Shown: one piece after another, positions 30,285 to 38,431 of the stretch
Layout of the letters: the number at the start of each line of letters is the position of its first letter
Numbering within the stretch: position 1 is the stretch's first letter
DNA from: an uncultured delta proteobacterium
GTDB taxonomy: Bacteria; Myxococcota_A; Polyangia; Polyangiales; Houyiibacteriaceae
Direction of reading: 5' to 3'
Length of the DNA: 64,000 bases
NCBI GenBank assembly: GCA_963699755.1
Contig: CAVOVB010000001.1
Coordinates: 288,001 to 352,000, forward strand
Notes under the pieces: model-generated
The model's input: the letters and a program-made list of their open reading frames with translations, nothing else
What the model was told of the DNA's origin: nothing
Databases searched by the model: none
Made by a program: the position numbers and the translations under genes

Positions 30285-31009
30285 GCCCGGGCGCCTACGC
30301 GATCTGGCTTCGGTGTGAGGACGAGGAGATTGGCGTCGTAGGTCATCACGCCGAGCGCAATCGCCGCGATCAAGCGGGACATCGGAACGCTGTATCGATG
30401 GCTTTGAAATCGCGGATTGTCATGCGAAGGGTCCGCCACGGTGACTTCACGCTTCTTTCGGTCATAGCCGCTCAAGACCACGAAGTGACCGACCGGCTCG
30501 CCCCTCAGATCATCGTAGTCGTCCTTGTGTTCCCTGGCGCAGCCGTAGAGATAGGTCGCGCTGAGGCCCGTGAGAATGGGAACCCCTCGGTTCAGGAAGC
30601 GTCGAATCAGGGCGGGACGTAGCTCCTCGAATCGGACGACACCTCCTAGGCTGAGGTAGTCGAGATACAAATCGGTCGAGAGTCTGAGCTTCTGGGTGCG
30701 CTTGTGCTTTCGCTGAGCCTCGAGGCGTTCGGCGAGATCGACGCCATCGGCGAACCAACTCGGATCGAACAACTGCAGATTGTAAGTGTAGATCTCGGCG
30801 TCGTACCCGCGCCGAAGCGCATGGGATGCGAGCGAGACCGCGAGCGTACCCCCCTCGGGCAAGGGCTTGACCTCGGTGACGAGCGCATCGAGTGGCACTT
30901 CGTCACGCCAATAGCGGTACACCGCGTGCAGGCAAGTCGGCCCGCAGGTCGTGTCTCCCGGTTGCGGAAGAATGTCCAGCTCGAGCTGGGCTCTATGTGG
31001 CCTTTTCAT
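30281..31009 (-). CDS. peptidase C39-like (papain-fold) protein
   Basis: QPGDTTCGPTCL (Gln, Cys), GHFVVLSGYD (His), VADP (Asp). Confidence 0.85.
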   Translation of the reverse strand: MKRPHRAQLELDILPQPGDTTCGPTCLHAVYRYWRDEVPLDALVTEVKPLPEGGTLAVSLASHALRRGYDAEIYTYNLQLFDPSWFADGVDLAERLEAQRKHKRTQKLRLSTDLYLDYLSLGGVVRFEELRPALIRRFLNRGVPILTGLSATYLYGCAREHKDDYDDLRGEPVGHFVVLSGYDRKKREVTVADPSHDNPRFQSHRYSVPMSRLIAAIALGVMTYDANLLVLTPKPDRVGARA

Positions 31010-31170
31010 ATCCGAAGGCGAAGGTATAGGACCAGGGCAAGGGGCTCGCCCCGGGTTCGTCTTTCACCAGAGGATTACTCGGATCGAGCTCGGGCTGAGC
31101 ATATTAGCACCTTGCTTGCCGATGCGCTCGGCTCCTGAGCTCGTCACCGGGCTGCGTGCGCCCTGCGCGG

Positions 31171-32589
31171 TCAGCCCTGTCCTTGGGCAAGCGAGTAACC
31201 CTGTGCGCCATCGATTTCGCGCAACCACTCGGCGCCACAAAGCCGAAACCGTTCGCCGACAGCTGCGAGTTGCGAGACGATTTCGTGCTGTGACACCCGT
31301 CCCTCCCTCTCGAACCTCGCCCGGTAGTGATTCACGCAATCGGTGTACGCCGAGCTGACTGGCGACACCTGCGTGCCGCGATTGGAGATCATCGTCAGCT
31401 CGAGCCCGCCGCCAAGCTCAGCAAGCTCCGCCTCGACTCGTTTGGGGGGCAAGCCGGATTCGAGAAACACGTCGACGCCCCGCAGCAAGGTGCTCTCGGG
31501 CGCGGGAGTCACCCGCATCATCGGCTCTGTTCGACGCCGAACTTCGAGACGAGGCAATTGCTCCTGGGGAATGTGGAGGCCCTCGAGCGCGTCGAGCATC
31601 CTCTCGGTGAACACGGATGTCCGGAAGAGCGGGATCGGCTGACCGAGATCGGGCCGCTTGTGCATCGCGCGCAGGGTCTGTTCGAGCGCTTTCTCGATGA
31701 CCGACGCGTGTGTAACCAGGCCGAGGTGCCGAAGCATCATCGTGCCGCTCAACAGGAGCGCCGTGGGATTGGCCGCGTCTGTTCCGACAATGTCGGGTGC
31801 GGTTCCGTGCACCGCTTCGAAGATGCAGATTCCGTCCCCGATGTTGGCCGACGGCGCGTACGCCAGTCCGCCGACGAGCCCCGCGGCGAGGTCTGTGATG
31901 ATGTCTCCCTGAAGATTCGGCAGGACCACCACTTCGAACTCCGACGGGTCGAGAACCAGACGCATGGCGAGTGCGTCCACGATGACATCGTCGGCTTCGA
32001 TCTCAGGGTAGTCCTTCGCGACGTCGTAGAACGTTTCGAGGAACAGACCGTCAGTCATCTTCATGATGTTGGCCTTGTGCGCACATGTGACGCGCCGAGC
32101 GCCTTTGCGCGCAGCCACCTCGAAGGTATAACGATGCACCTGATCGCTTCCTGGCCGTGTGATGAAGCGCCGGCATTGGGCTACGTCGTGGGTCTGCATG
32201 TGCTCGATGGCGCCGTACGTGTCTTCGATGTTTTCTCTCACCATCGTGAGGTCGAGCCCGCTGACACCGGTCGGCGTCGGCACGCCATGGAATGTTCGAT
32301 ACACACGCTTGTTGGCGAACGTGCCCCAGATCTTTCGGGCCGTGACATTGACGCTCTTGTAGCCACCGCCCTTCGGCGTCTCCATCGGGCCCTTGAAGAG
32401 GATTCCGGTGGATTCGACGGAATGGCGAGCGGATTCGCTAATGCCTGTCCTGTCGCCGGCAAGGACGACTTCCTTACCCATCTGAACCTGCTCGTATTCG
32501 AGTGGAACCTGTGCCTTGTCGAAGATGTTGAGCACCGCCCGCATGACCTCGGGCCCGATTCCATCGCCTTGCGCTACCGTGATTTTCAT
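31171..32589 (-). CDS. icd: isocitrate dehydrogenase (long type with C-terminal extension)
   Basis: GDGIGPEV, ETPKGGGYKSVNV, RENIED, HKANIMK, FEAVHGTAPDI, MISNRG tail. Confidence 0.85.
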   Translation of the reverse strand: MKITVAQGDGIGPEVMRAVLNIFDKAQVPLEYEQVQMGKEVVLAGDRTGISESARHSVESTGILFKGPMETPKGGGYKSVNVTARKIWGTFANKRVYRTFHGVPTPTGVSGLDLTMVRENIEDTYGAIEHMQTHDVAQCRRFITRPGSDQVHRYTFEVAARKGARRVTCAHKANIMKMTDGLFLETFYDVAKDYPEIEADDVIVDALAMRLVLDPSEFEVVVLPNLQGDIITDLAAGLVGGLAYAPSANIGDGICIFEAVHGTAPDIVGTDAANPTALLLSGTMMLRHLGLVTHASVIEKALEQTLRAMHKRPDLGQPIPLFRTSVFTERMLDALEGLHIPQEQLPRLEVRRRTEPMMRVTPAPESTLLRGVDVFLESGLPPKRVEAELAELGGGLELTMISNRGTQVSPVSSAYTDCVNHYRARFEREGRVSQHEIVSQLAAVGERFRLCGAEWLREIDGAQGYSLAQGQG

Positions 32590-32687
32590 CGTTCCTCCAA
32601 GAAGCTGTTGATTTGCTGCGCCGACGCGACTCGTTCATCGTCATCGGCGATGACGATTTGAGCGGCGGTATCGATCAGTTGGGGCAT
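32586..32687 (-). CDS. 33-aa small ORF MPQLIDTAAQIVIADDDERVASAQQINSFLEER
   Basis: fills the purK-icd gap; its TGA overlaps the icd ATG (ATGA). Confidence 0.4.
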   Translation of the reverse strand: MPQLIDTAAQIVIADDDERVASAQQINSFLEER

Positions 32688-32702
32688 GAGGTCTCGATCT
32701 CT

Positions 32703-33854
32703 TTACGCAACGAGGTATTTCGGGGGCGAGAGTGTTTCCAAAAGGGCTTCACCGTTTCGGAGGGCGCGCTGCGGGTCGTCGTCGAGCAGGAGCACATGAC
32801 CCATCTTTCGACCGGGTCGCGGCTCGGTCTTTCCGTAGAGGTGAAGGCGCGCTTCGGGCAGTGATAGGATCGGCATCCAGTCGGGGTCACCGTCGCGCCA
32901 GAGGTCGCCGAACAAGTTGAGCATGACGGCGGGGCGTGAGAGCGAAGGGTCGCCGAGCGGAAGGCCGAGCACGGCGCGGACGTGCTGCTCGAACTGCGAG
33001 GTGGCGCAGGCCCCGAAGGTGTAGTGGCCGCTATTGTGAGGACGCGGCGCGATCTCGTTCACCAGCAACTCGGAGCCGACTAGAAACATCTCGACCGCCA
33101 TCATTCCCACATGGTCGAGCTCGTTCGCGATCGACCGCGAAATCTCCATCGCATCCCGCTCGACGGACCTCGGAAGCGGCGCGGGCGCCATCGTGGCGTG
33201 GAGGACGTGGTGTCGGTGAACGTTGTGCGCGACGGGGTAGAACCGCATTTCGCCGTTCGAGGCCCGGGCCAGCAGCACCGAAATTTCCGCGTCGAATGGC
33301 ACCAGCTCTTCGAGCATGGACGAAGCACGACCCACCTTCTCCCAACTCGCTTCGAGCTGGTCGCTGCTGCGGATGACAACCTGCCCCTTCCCGTCGTAGC
33401 CGGCGTGACGGCTCTTCAACACGCAGGGGAAACCGACCGTCTCCACGGCTTCTTCGAGCTGTGCCGACGATTCCACGGCGACGCAAAGAGGCTGTGGCGC
33501 CCCGATCCGATCCAAAAAGCACCGCTGTGCAAGCCGATCCTGGATTGTGCGGAGCACGCCAGGCGATGGACGAACGGGACGAATGAGCTCGATGTAGGCG
33601 AGCAGGGATGCAGGAACGTGCTCGGAATCGACCGTCACGACGTCGACCGACTTCGCCAGCCGTTCGGCGGCATCGACGTCGTCGATGGCCCCGGGAATCC
33701 AGAGGTCGGCGAGTGGGACCGCAGGTTCGTCCGCTTGCGGTGCCAGAACGCCAACCCGATATCCCATTCTTCTGGCCTCGAGAGCCATCATACGTGCGAG
33801 CTGACCGCCTCCGATGATTCCGACCGTTGCTCCAGGTAGTTGACGCGTGCTCAT
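32703..33854 (-). CDS. purK: N5-carboxyaminoimidazole ribonucleotide synthase
   Basis: [43 protein letters not shown]. Confidence 0.95.
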   Translation of the reverse strand: MSTRQLPGATVGIIGGGQLARMMALEARRMGYRVGVLAPQADEPAVPLADLWIPGAIDDVDAAERLAKSVDVVTVDSEHVPASLLAYIELIRPVRPSPGVLRTIQDRLAQRCFLDRIGAPQPLCVAVESSAQLEEAVETVGFPCVLKSRHAGYDGKGQVVIRSSDQLEASWEKVGRASSMLEELVPFDAEISVLLARASNGEMRFYPVAHNVHRHHVLHATMAPAPLPRSVERDAMEISRSIANELDHVGMMAVEMFLVGSELLVNEIAPRPHNSGHYTFGACATSQFEQHVRAVLGLPLGDPSLSRPAVMLNLFGDLWRDGDPDWMPILSLPEARLHLYGKTEPRPGRKMGHVLLLDDDPQRALRNGEALLETLSPPKYLVA

Positions 33855-34366
33855 AGCTCAGCCTCCAAAACTCTTGCCGTCTGAGCCGACCGAAACGCTT
33901 GGAGTCGGCTCCGAAGTGCGTCGTCGCTGCGTGCGAGCATCGCCGCTGCGAGCAGTGCGGCGTTCGCGGCGCCCGTATCGCCGATGGCGAGGGTCCCGAC
34001 GGGTACCCCCTTGGGCATTTGAACGATGGAAAGAAGCGAATCGATACCGTTGAGCGAGCTACTGCGAACAGGAACGCCGAGAACCGGAAGCAAGGTCTTG
34101 GACGCTGCCATGCCGGGCAGATGGGCCGCTCCGCCCGCCCCGGCTATGATCAGCTCGATCCCCCTCCCCTCGGCCTGTTCGCAGAAGCTGAACAGGAGAT
34201 CGGGGGTCCTGTGAGCCGAAACCACCTTGGCTTCGTATGGGATTCGCAGCTCCCCGAGGACCTCAGCCGCGTGCTTCATGGTCGGCCAATCGCTCGCGCT
34301 GCCCATGATCAGGGCGACCCGGGGTACATGCTGAGCTTGCTGAGCTTCTATTGCAGAGGGCTTCAT
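33851..34366 (-). CDS. purE: N5-CAIR mutase
   Basis: [36 protein letters not shown]. Confidence 0.95.
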   Translation of the reverse strand: MKPSAIEAQQAQHVPRVALIMGSASDWPTMKHAAEVLGELRIPYEAKVVSAHRTPDLLFSFCEQAEGRGIELIIAGAGGAAHLPGMAASKTLLPVLGVPVRSSSLNGIDSLLSIVQMPKGVPVGTLAIGDTGAANAALLAAAMLARSDDALRSRLQAFRSAQTARVLEAEL

Positions 34367-34382
34367 CGTGCGCTGATAGATT

Positions 34383-34400
34383 CGCGAAGTATATTTCGCG
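34383..34400. promoter_or_regulatory. palindromic operator candidate
   Basis: CGCGAA-GTATAT-TTCGCG in the AT-rich divergent spacer; further CGCGAA half-site at 34411. Confidence 0.6.
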
Positions 34401-34524
34401 TTTTATATATCGCGAATACCTCCTGGCGCAAGCCCGCCGTTGCGTTTTTCTCGAAGCGGAGCCGTTAACACGCGATTTGACTCATGAAATCTCGGTCGTA
34501 TATCTTGCGCACGAGGAGCTCCGA

Positions 34525-34842
34525 GTGCCCAAAGCGAAAACCAAGGATCGGACGCCTGAGGCCTCCTGGACGTTCCTGACCAATCATTCACACGTCCTGC
34601 TGTGCCTGGTGCAGGACCCTGAGGCGCGGATGCGTGACGTCGCCGAGAAGGTGGGGATCACCGAACGCGCCGTGCAGCGCATCGTCTCCGAGCTCGAGGC
34701 AGCCGGCTACGTCTCCCGCAAACGCGAGGGACGCCGCAATACCTACGAGGTCGATGGCTCGCTACCCCTTCGCCACGCCGTCGAAGGGCACCAAACCCTC
34801 AACGCGCTCATCAAGCTGATCCTCCACGAGCGCGGGCGCTGA
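34525..34842 (+). CDS. winged-helix (MarR/AsnC-like) transcriptional regulator
   Basis: GAGGAG RBS and GTG start; WTFLTNHSHVL..MRDVAEKVGITERAVQRIV..GRRNTY..PLRH. Confidence 0.88.
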   Translation: MPKAKTKDRTPEASWTFLTNHSHVLLCLVQDPEARMRDVAEKVGITERAVQRIVSELEAAGYVSRKREGRRNTYEVDGSLPLRHAVEGHQTLNALIKLILHERGR

Positions 34843-34916
34843 CCGTTGGCAACCCGGAGCGGAGAGCCGCAAGAGACCCATTCCGGCCTGAAAACGAGAG
34901 ACGCTTTGCTCGAGCC

Positions 34917-35882
34917 TTACACTCTCACGACGACTTTTCCTCGGGCATGTCCGCCCTCGAGATAAGCGAGGGCGGCCGGCGTTTCGTCTAGAGAGTAGGT
35001 CCGATCGATAACCGGCATGAGCTTTCCAGCATCGACCAGCTGCTGCAAAAACACCAGGTCCTGGCGGTTCGGAACCGAAAGATAGCGGCGCAAGTCTTGG
35101 CTCACGAACGGTGAGAGCAAGAGCGGCTTGACCAGGCGAACCAGCATCGCGAGCCCCTGCGCCCCAGTGCCGCTATTGAGGATCAACATTCCTCGCGGTT
35201 GGAGCGCGCGGCGTAGGTCCGACAAGGACCGGTTCTCGACGTTGTCGAAAATGAGATCGTAGCGCTGCTCCCCCGCCGCAAAATCCTCTTGGGTGTAGTC
35301 GATCGTATGGTCTGCGCCGATCGAGCGAACCATCTCGAGGTTCGTCGTGCTACACACGCCAGTCACCTCAGCTCCGAAGGACTTTGCAATCTGCACGGCG
35401 AAAGTTCCGACCCCGCCCGAAGCTCCGTTGATCAGCACCTTCTGCCCTGCTCGTACCTTTCCCTCATCGCGGAGTGCATGGAGAGCCGCGAGCGCGGAAG
35501 TCGGCAGGGCCGCGGCCTCCTCGAAGCTGAGCTTGGCTGGCTTTCGCGCAAGCGTGTCTTGTTCGACACAGACGAACTCGGCGCAGGCGCCGTTGCATGC
35601 GCCGAACAGCTCATCGCCAGGCTGAAAGACTTTCACATTCTTGCCGACCGCCTCGACCTCCCCCGCGACGTCGAATCCGGGGACATGGTGCTTGGGTTTG
35701 AGAAGCCCAGTGGCGAAGCGGACCGCGAATGGCTTCCCTCTGACGCTGAAGCAGTCGCCAACGTGGAGGCCCGCGGCACGAACACGCACCAGCACCTCAT
35801 CGTCAGCGACAGCCGGCTCATCGATGTCCCTGAGCTCGAGGAGGTCCAGTGAGCCATAGTTGTCGTATACGATCGCTTTCAT
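34917..35882 (-). CDS. MDR-family NAD(P)-dependent oxidoreductase (quinone-reductase-like)
   Basis: MKAIV, PGFDVAG, NGASGGVG, GHARGKVV. Confidence 0.9.
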   Translation of the reverse strand: MKAIVYDNYGSLDLLELRDIDEPAVADDEVLVRVRAAGLHVGDCFSVRGKPFAVRFATGLLKPKHHVPGFDVAGEVEAVGKNVKVFQPGDELFGACNGACAEFVCVEQDTLARKPAKLSFEEAAALPTSALAALHALRDEGKVRAGQKVLINGASGGVGTFAVQIAKSFGAEVTGVCSTTNLEMVRSIGADHTIDYTQEDFAAGEQRYDLIFDNVENRSLSDLRRALQPRGMLILNSGTGAQGLAMLVRLVKPLLLSPFVSQDLRRYLSVPNRQDLVFLQQLVDAGKLMPVIDRTYSLDETPAALAYLEGGHARGKVVVRV

Positions 35883-35960
35883 GCTGTCCTACGCCCCGTA
35901 CTGGATGCGATATCTACTAGGCGACTCGGTGACCTCCCAAAAGGAGAAGCGTAACTTCAA

Positions 35961-36260
35961 ATGCCCTCTTTGCCGCTGAGAATTCTCCTGTCAACCGGCC
36001 CTGATTCCTGGGCTCGAGGACATGGAGGGCGTCAGGTTCCACGACCTCTACGAAGCCCATCCGGACTTCGACATCGACGTGACGACAGAACAGCAACTCT
36101 TGCTGGACCACTACGTCGTCGTGCTCCACCACCTTTTCTATTGGTACAGCGCTCCGGCGCTGATCGAGCAGTGGGAGGATCTCGTGCTGACTCATGGATG
36201 GGCCTATCGCAGTGGGGGGTGCCGCGCTCAAAGACAAGTGGGTCTCCTCACCGAACCCCG
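35961..36260 (+). pseudogene. KefF/KefG-like flavodoxin-fold NAD(P)H oxidoreductase remnant
   Basis: HDLYEAHPDFDIDV..EQQLL..FYWYSAPALI..HGWAY, then a frameshift (ALKDKW) and truncation. Confidence 0.7.
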
Positions 36261-36412
36261 AGCTTCGACGGGCGAGCGAGGATGCGGTCTCCACCATCGT
36301 GAGGGTCAAGCCATCCTGGTCCGCATTTGGATCGCTCATCGTGCGTCGGTGCGAGCAGGCGATTCCTTCCTGCTTGCGAAAGTCCCCACCTCGATGCGAC
36401 GCTCAGCCCAGA

Positions 36413-37096
36413 ATGGAAGTCGCAAAGCGCCGGGGTGAAGCTGACCGAGTCCTCTCACGCGAGGAGGCAAGAGCCTTCTACGACCGCTTCGGGCGCAAGC
36501 AGGACCTCCAACGAATCTACGAAGACCCCGCGATCGAATTGCTTCTCCAATACGCGGGCTTCGAAACTGCCTGCGCGGTCGTCGAGCTCGGGTGCGGGAC
36601 GGGCCGGCTCGCGGCGCGTCTCCTCGAGGAGCTTCTTCCAGACGACTCCAAGTACCTTGGGCTGGACATCAGCAGAACCATGATCGACCTGGCCCAGAGC
36701 CGTGTCGCGCCGTGGGCAGAGCGCGCTCGGGTGGAGCGAACGGACGGTTCGCTGACTCTCCCGGTGAGCGACGGGGCCTATGACCGTTTCCTATCCACAT
36801 ATGTCCTCGACCTCCTCAGCGAAGAAGACATCCACGCGGCTGTTCGCGAGGCGAGGAGAGTGCTCGCCCCGGGCGGGCGCCTTTGCCTGGCGAGCTTGAC
36901 CTTTGGTGAGACGTTTTCGTCGAGGCTCGCCTGCCGCGCTTGGACGGCGATTCACTCGCTCAGCCCGCGGCTCGTCGGTGGATGCAGACCTCTTCGCCTC
37001 GAGGCCTTCATCGGCAGTGACTGGCAGAGCCTTCACCGCGAGATCGTCTGCGTGCTTGGAATCTGCACCGAGGTGCTGACCGCGCGACGAGTGTAA
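36413..37096 (+). CDS. class I SAM-dependent methyltransferase
   Basis: VELGCGTG, LDIS, YDRFLSTYVLD, RVLAPGG. Confidence 0.88.
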   Translation: MEVAKRRGEADRVLSREEARAFYDRFGRKQDLQRIYEDPAIELLLQYAGFETACAVVELGCGTGRLAARLLEELLPDDSKYLGLDISRTMIDLAQSRVAPWAERARVERTDGSLTLPVSDGAYDRFLSTYVLDLLSEEDIHAAVREARRVLAPGGRLCLASLTFGETFSSRLACRAWTAIHSLSPRLVGGCRPLRLEAFIGSDWQSLHREIVCVLGICTEVLTARRV

Positions 37097-37580
37097 GCCC
37101 CAGGCCAGGGTCGTCGCGGCCCGCGGTACTGCACTGGCGACCTCAGTTTGCCCGCCGCCGCGGCGGATCTACCGAAGAAAGGGACATACTCTGGTCACTA
37201 TGATTGGACCTTCACCGGGCAAGTACAGCAGCTGGGAGAAGACCGGGTGGTCTATGCTGGCATGGTCCCTGAGGTGATGTTCAATCACCAGGGCAAGGGC
37301 TTCATGCACAAGTCCCGCGTCGGCTGCACCATTTTCAACGACGTCAACAAAGGACGTGCCAATGCGAACGGGACTTGTGTGGTCACGGACGCGGATGGAG
37401 ACGAGACCTTCGTCGAGTGGAAATGCGCGGGTGTGATGCCTGCGTGTCCGGGAACCGAACGCTTCGTGGGTGGGACTGGCAAATACAAGGGGAGAAGTGG
37501 AGACCAGAAGTCTCAGGGAAACTTCATAGGCGAAGTTGCTAGGCTGGTCCGACTGGAAAGGGGACTACAAGATCGGGTGA
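37097..37580 (+). pseudogene. degraded secreted beta-barrel-like protein
   Basis: GTCVVTDADGD..FVGGTGKYKG motif; no proper start; C-terminus GWSDWKGDYKIG lies in another frame. Confidence 0.5.
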
Positions 37581-37743
37581 AGCTCGGTTTGAGTACCAGC
37601 CTGCAGGCTCGGCCCAGGGACTGGGTCACCGCCATAGGTGACCGTGGGTGCTCGGCACCTTTCAGGCGGACCGTCCCAAGAACGAAAAGAGCCAGAACGC
37701 GGATCGGCGCTCCCAGTCAACGGAAGTCGTGCGATCGCTGAGG

Positions 37744-38316
37744 TCACGGGAAGTAGTCGACCCGATAGTCTATGTGGCAGTGCTCGACCCACCCCGGATT
37801 TGAGAACCCCGTGAACGACGTGCCGAAGCCCAACTCCCCAATCACCGAATTGCTAGTGGCATCGAGCTCGACCTCACCGTCGCCAAGAACCTGTGCGAGG
37901 CACTTGGCATCTGCGCTCGATTCGCGAATCCCATACTTTCGGTAGAAGCGATGACTCGAGGTCACGATGTCTGGCGCAGTGTCCAGCTTGCTGATTTCCG
38001 TCCACGCGTACTTCGCTTCGAGCGCGGGTTCCTCGATCACCTCCCCTGCGCTGGTGCCGCTCTGATCGCGGCCAAGCGATATCGTCTCTACCAGTTGGGA
38101 GTCGATTCCTGCAAACTGGAGGAACACATGAGCCCACTGACTGTCGAGCTGGTGCGGCAAGATGTACCGGTACCGAGTGGGAAGGGTTCTACTGGTGCCA
38201 GCAAGAGGAGCAAGCTCTTCGCGGGGTCCCTCGATGTCAATCCACACGTGAGACATGCCCACCGGCCCGATGTCGATCCGTTCGTCCAGAACCATCTTCT
38301 CACACTGCTGCACCAT
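37744..38316 (-). CDS. hypothetical protein, possibly N-terminally truncated
   Basis: 190-aa ORF with normal composition; upstream frame break. Confidence 0.45.
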   Translation of the reverse strand: MVQQCEKMVLDERIDIGPVGMSHVWIDIEGPREELAPLAGTSRTLPTRYRYILPHQLDSQWAHVFLQFAGIDSQLVETISLGRDQSGTSAGEVIEEPALEAKYAWTEISKLDTAPDIVTSSHRFYRKYGIRESSADAKCLAQVLGDGEVELDATSNSVIGELGFGTSFTGFSNPGWVEHCHIDYRVDYFP

Positions 38317-38431
38317 GACCAGTGGGAAGCGTCACCGGCCCGTCGAGTGATTGCTGAGCGCGCGGCTCTTTCCGTGGGTCGAACGAACCACCGGGAATCA
38401 ATTCCTCCGCCCCCGAGAGTTTGAAGGGGAG

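Noticed and set aside
28833..31009. Graspetide RiPP cluster (ATP-grasp plus C39 peptidase)
   Set aside because: No repetitive precursor peptide or ABC exporter nearby; the ligase is of the RLAN type.
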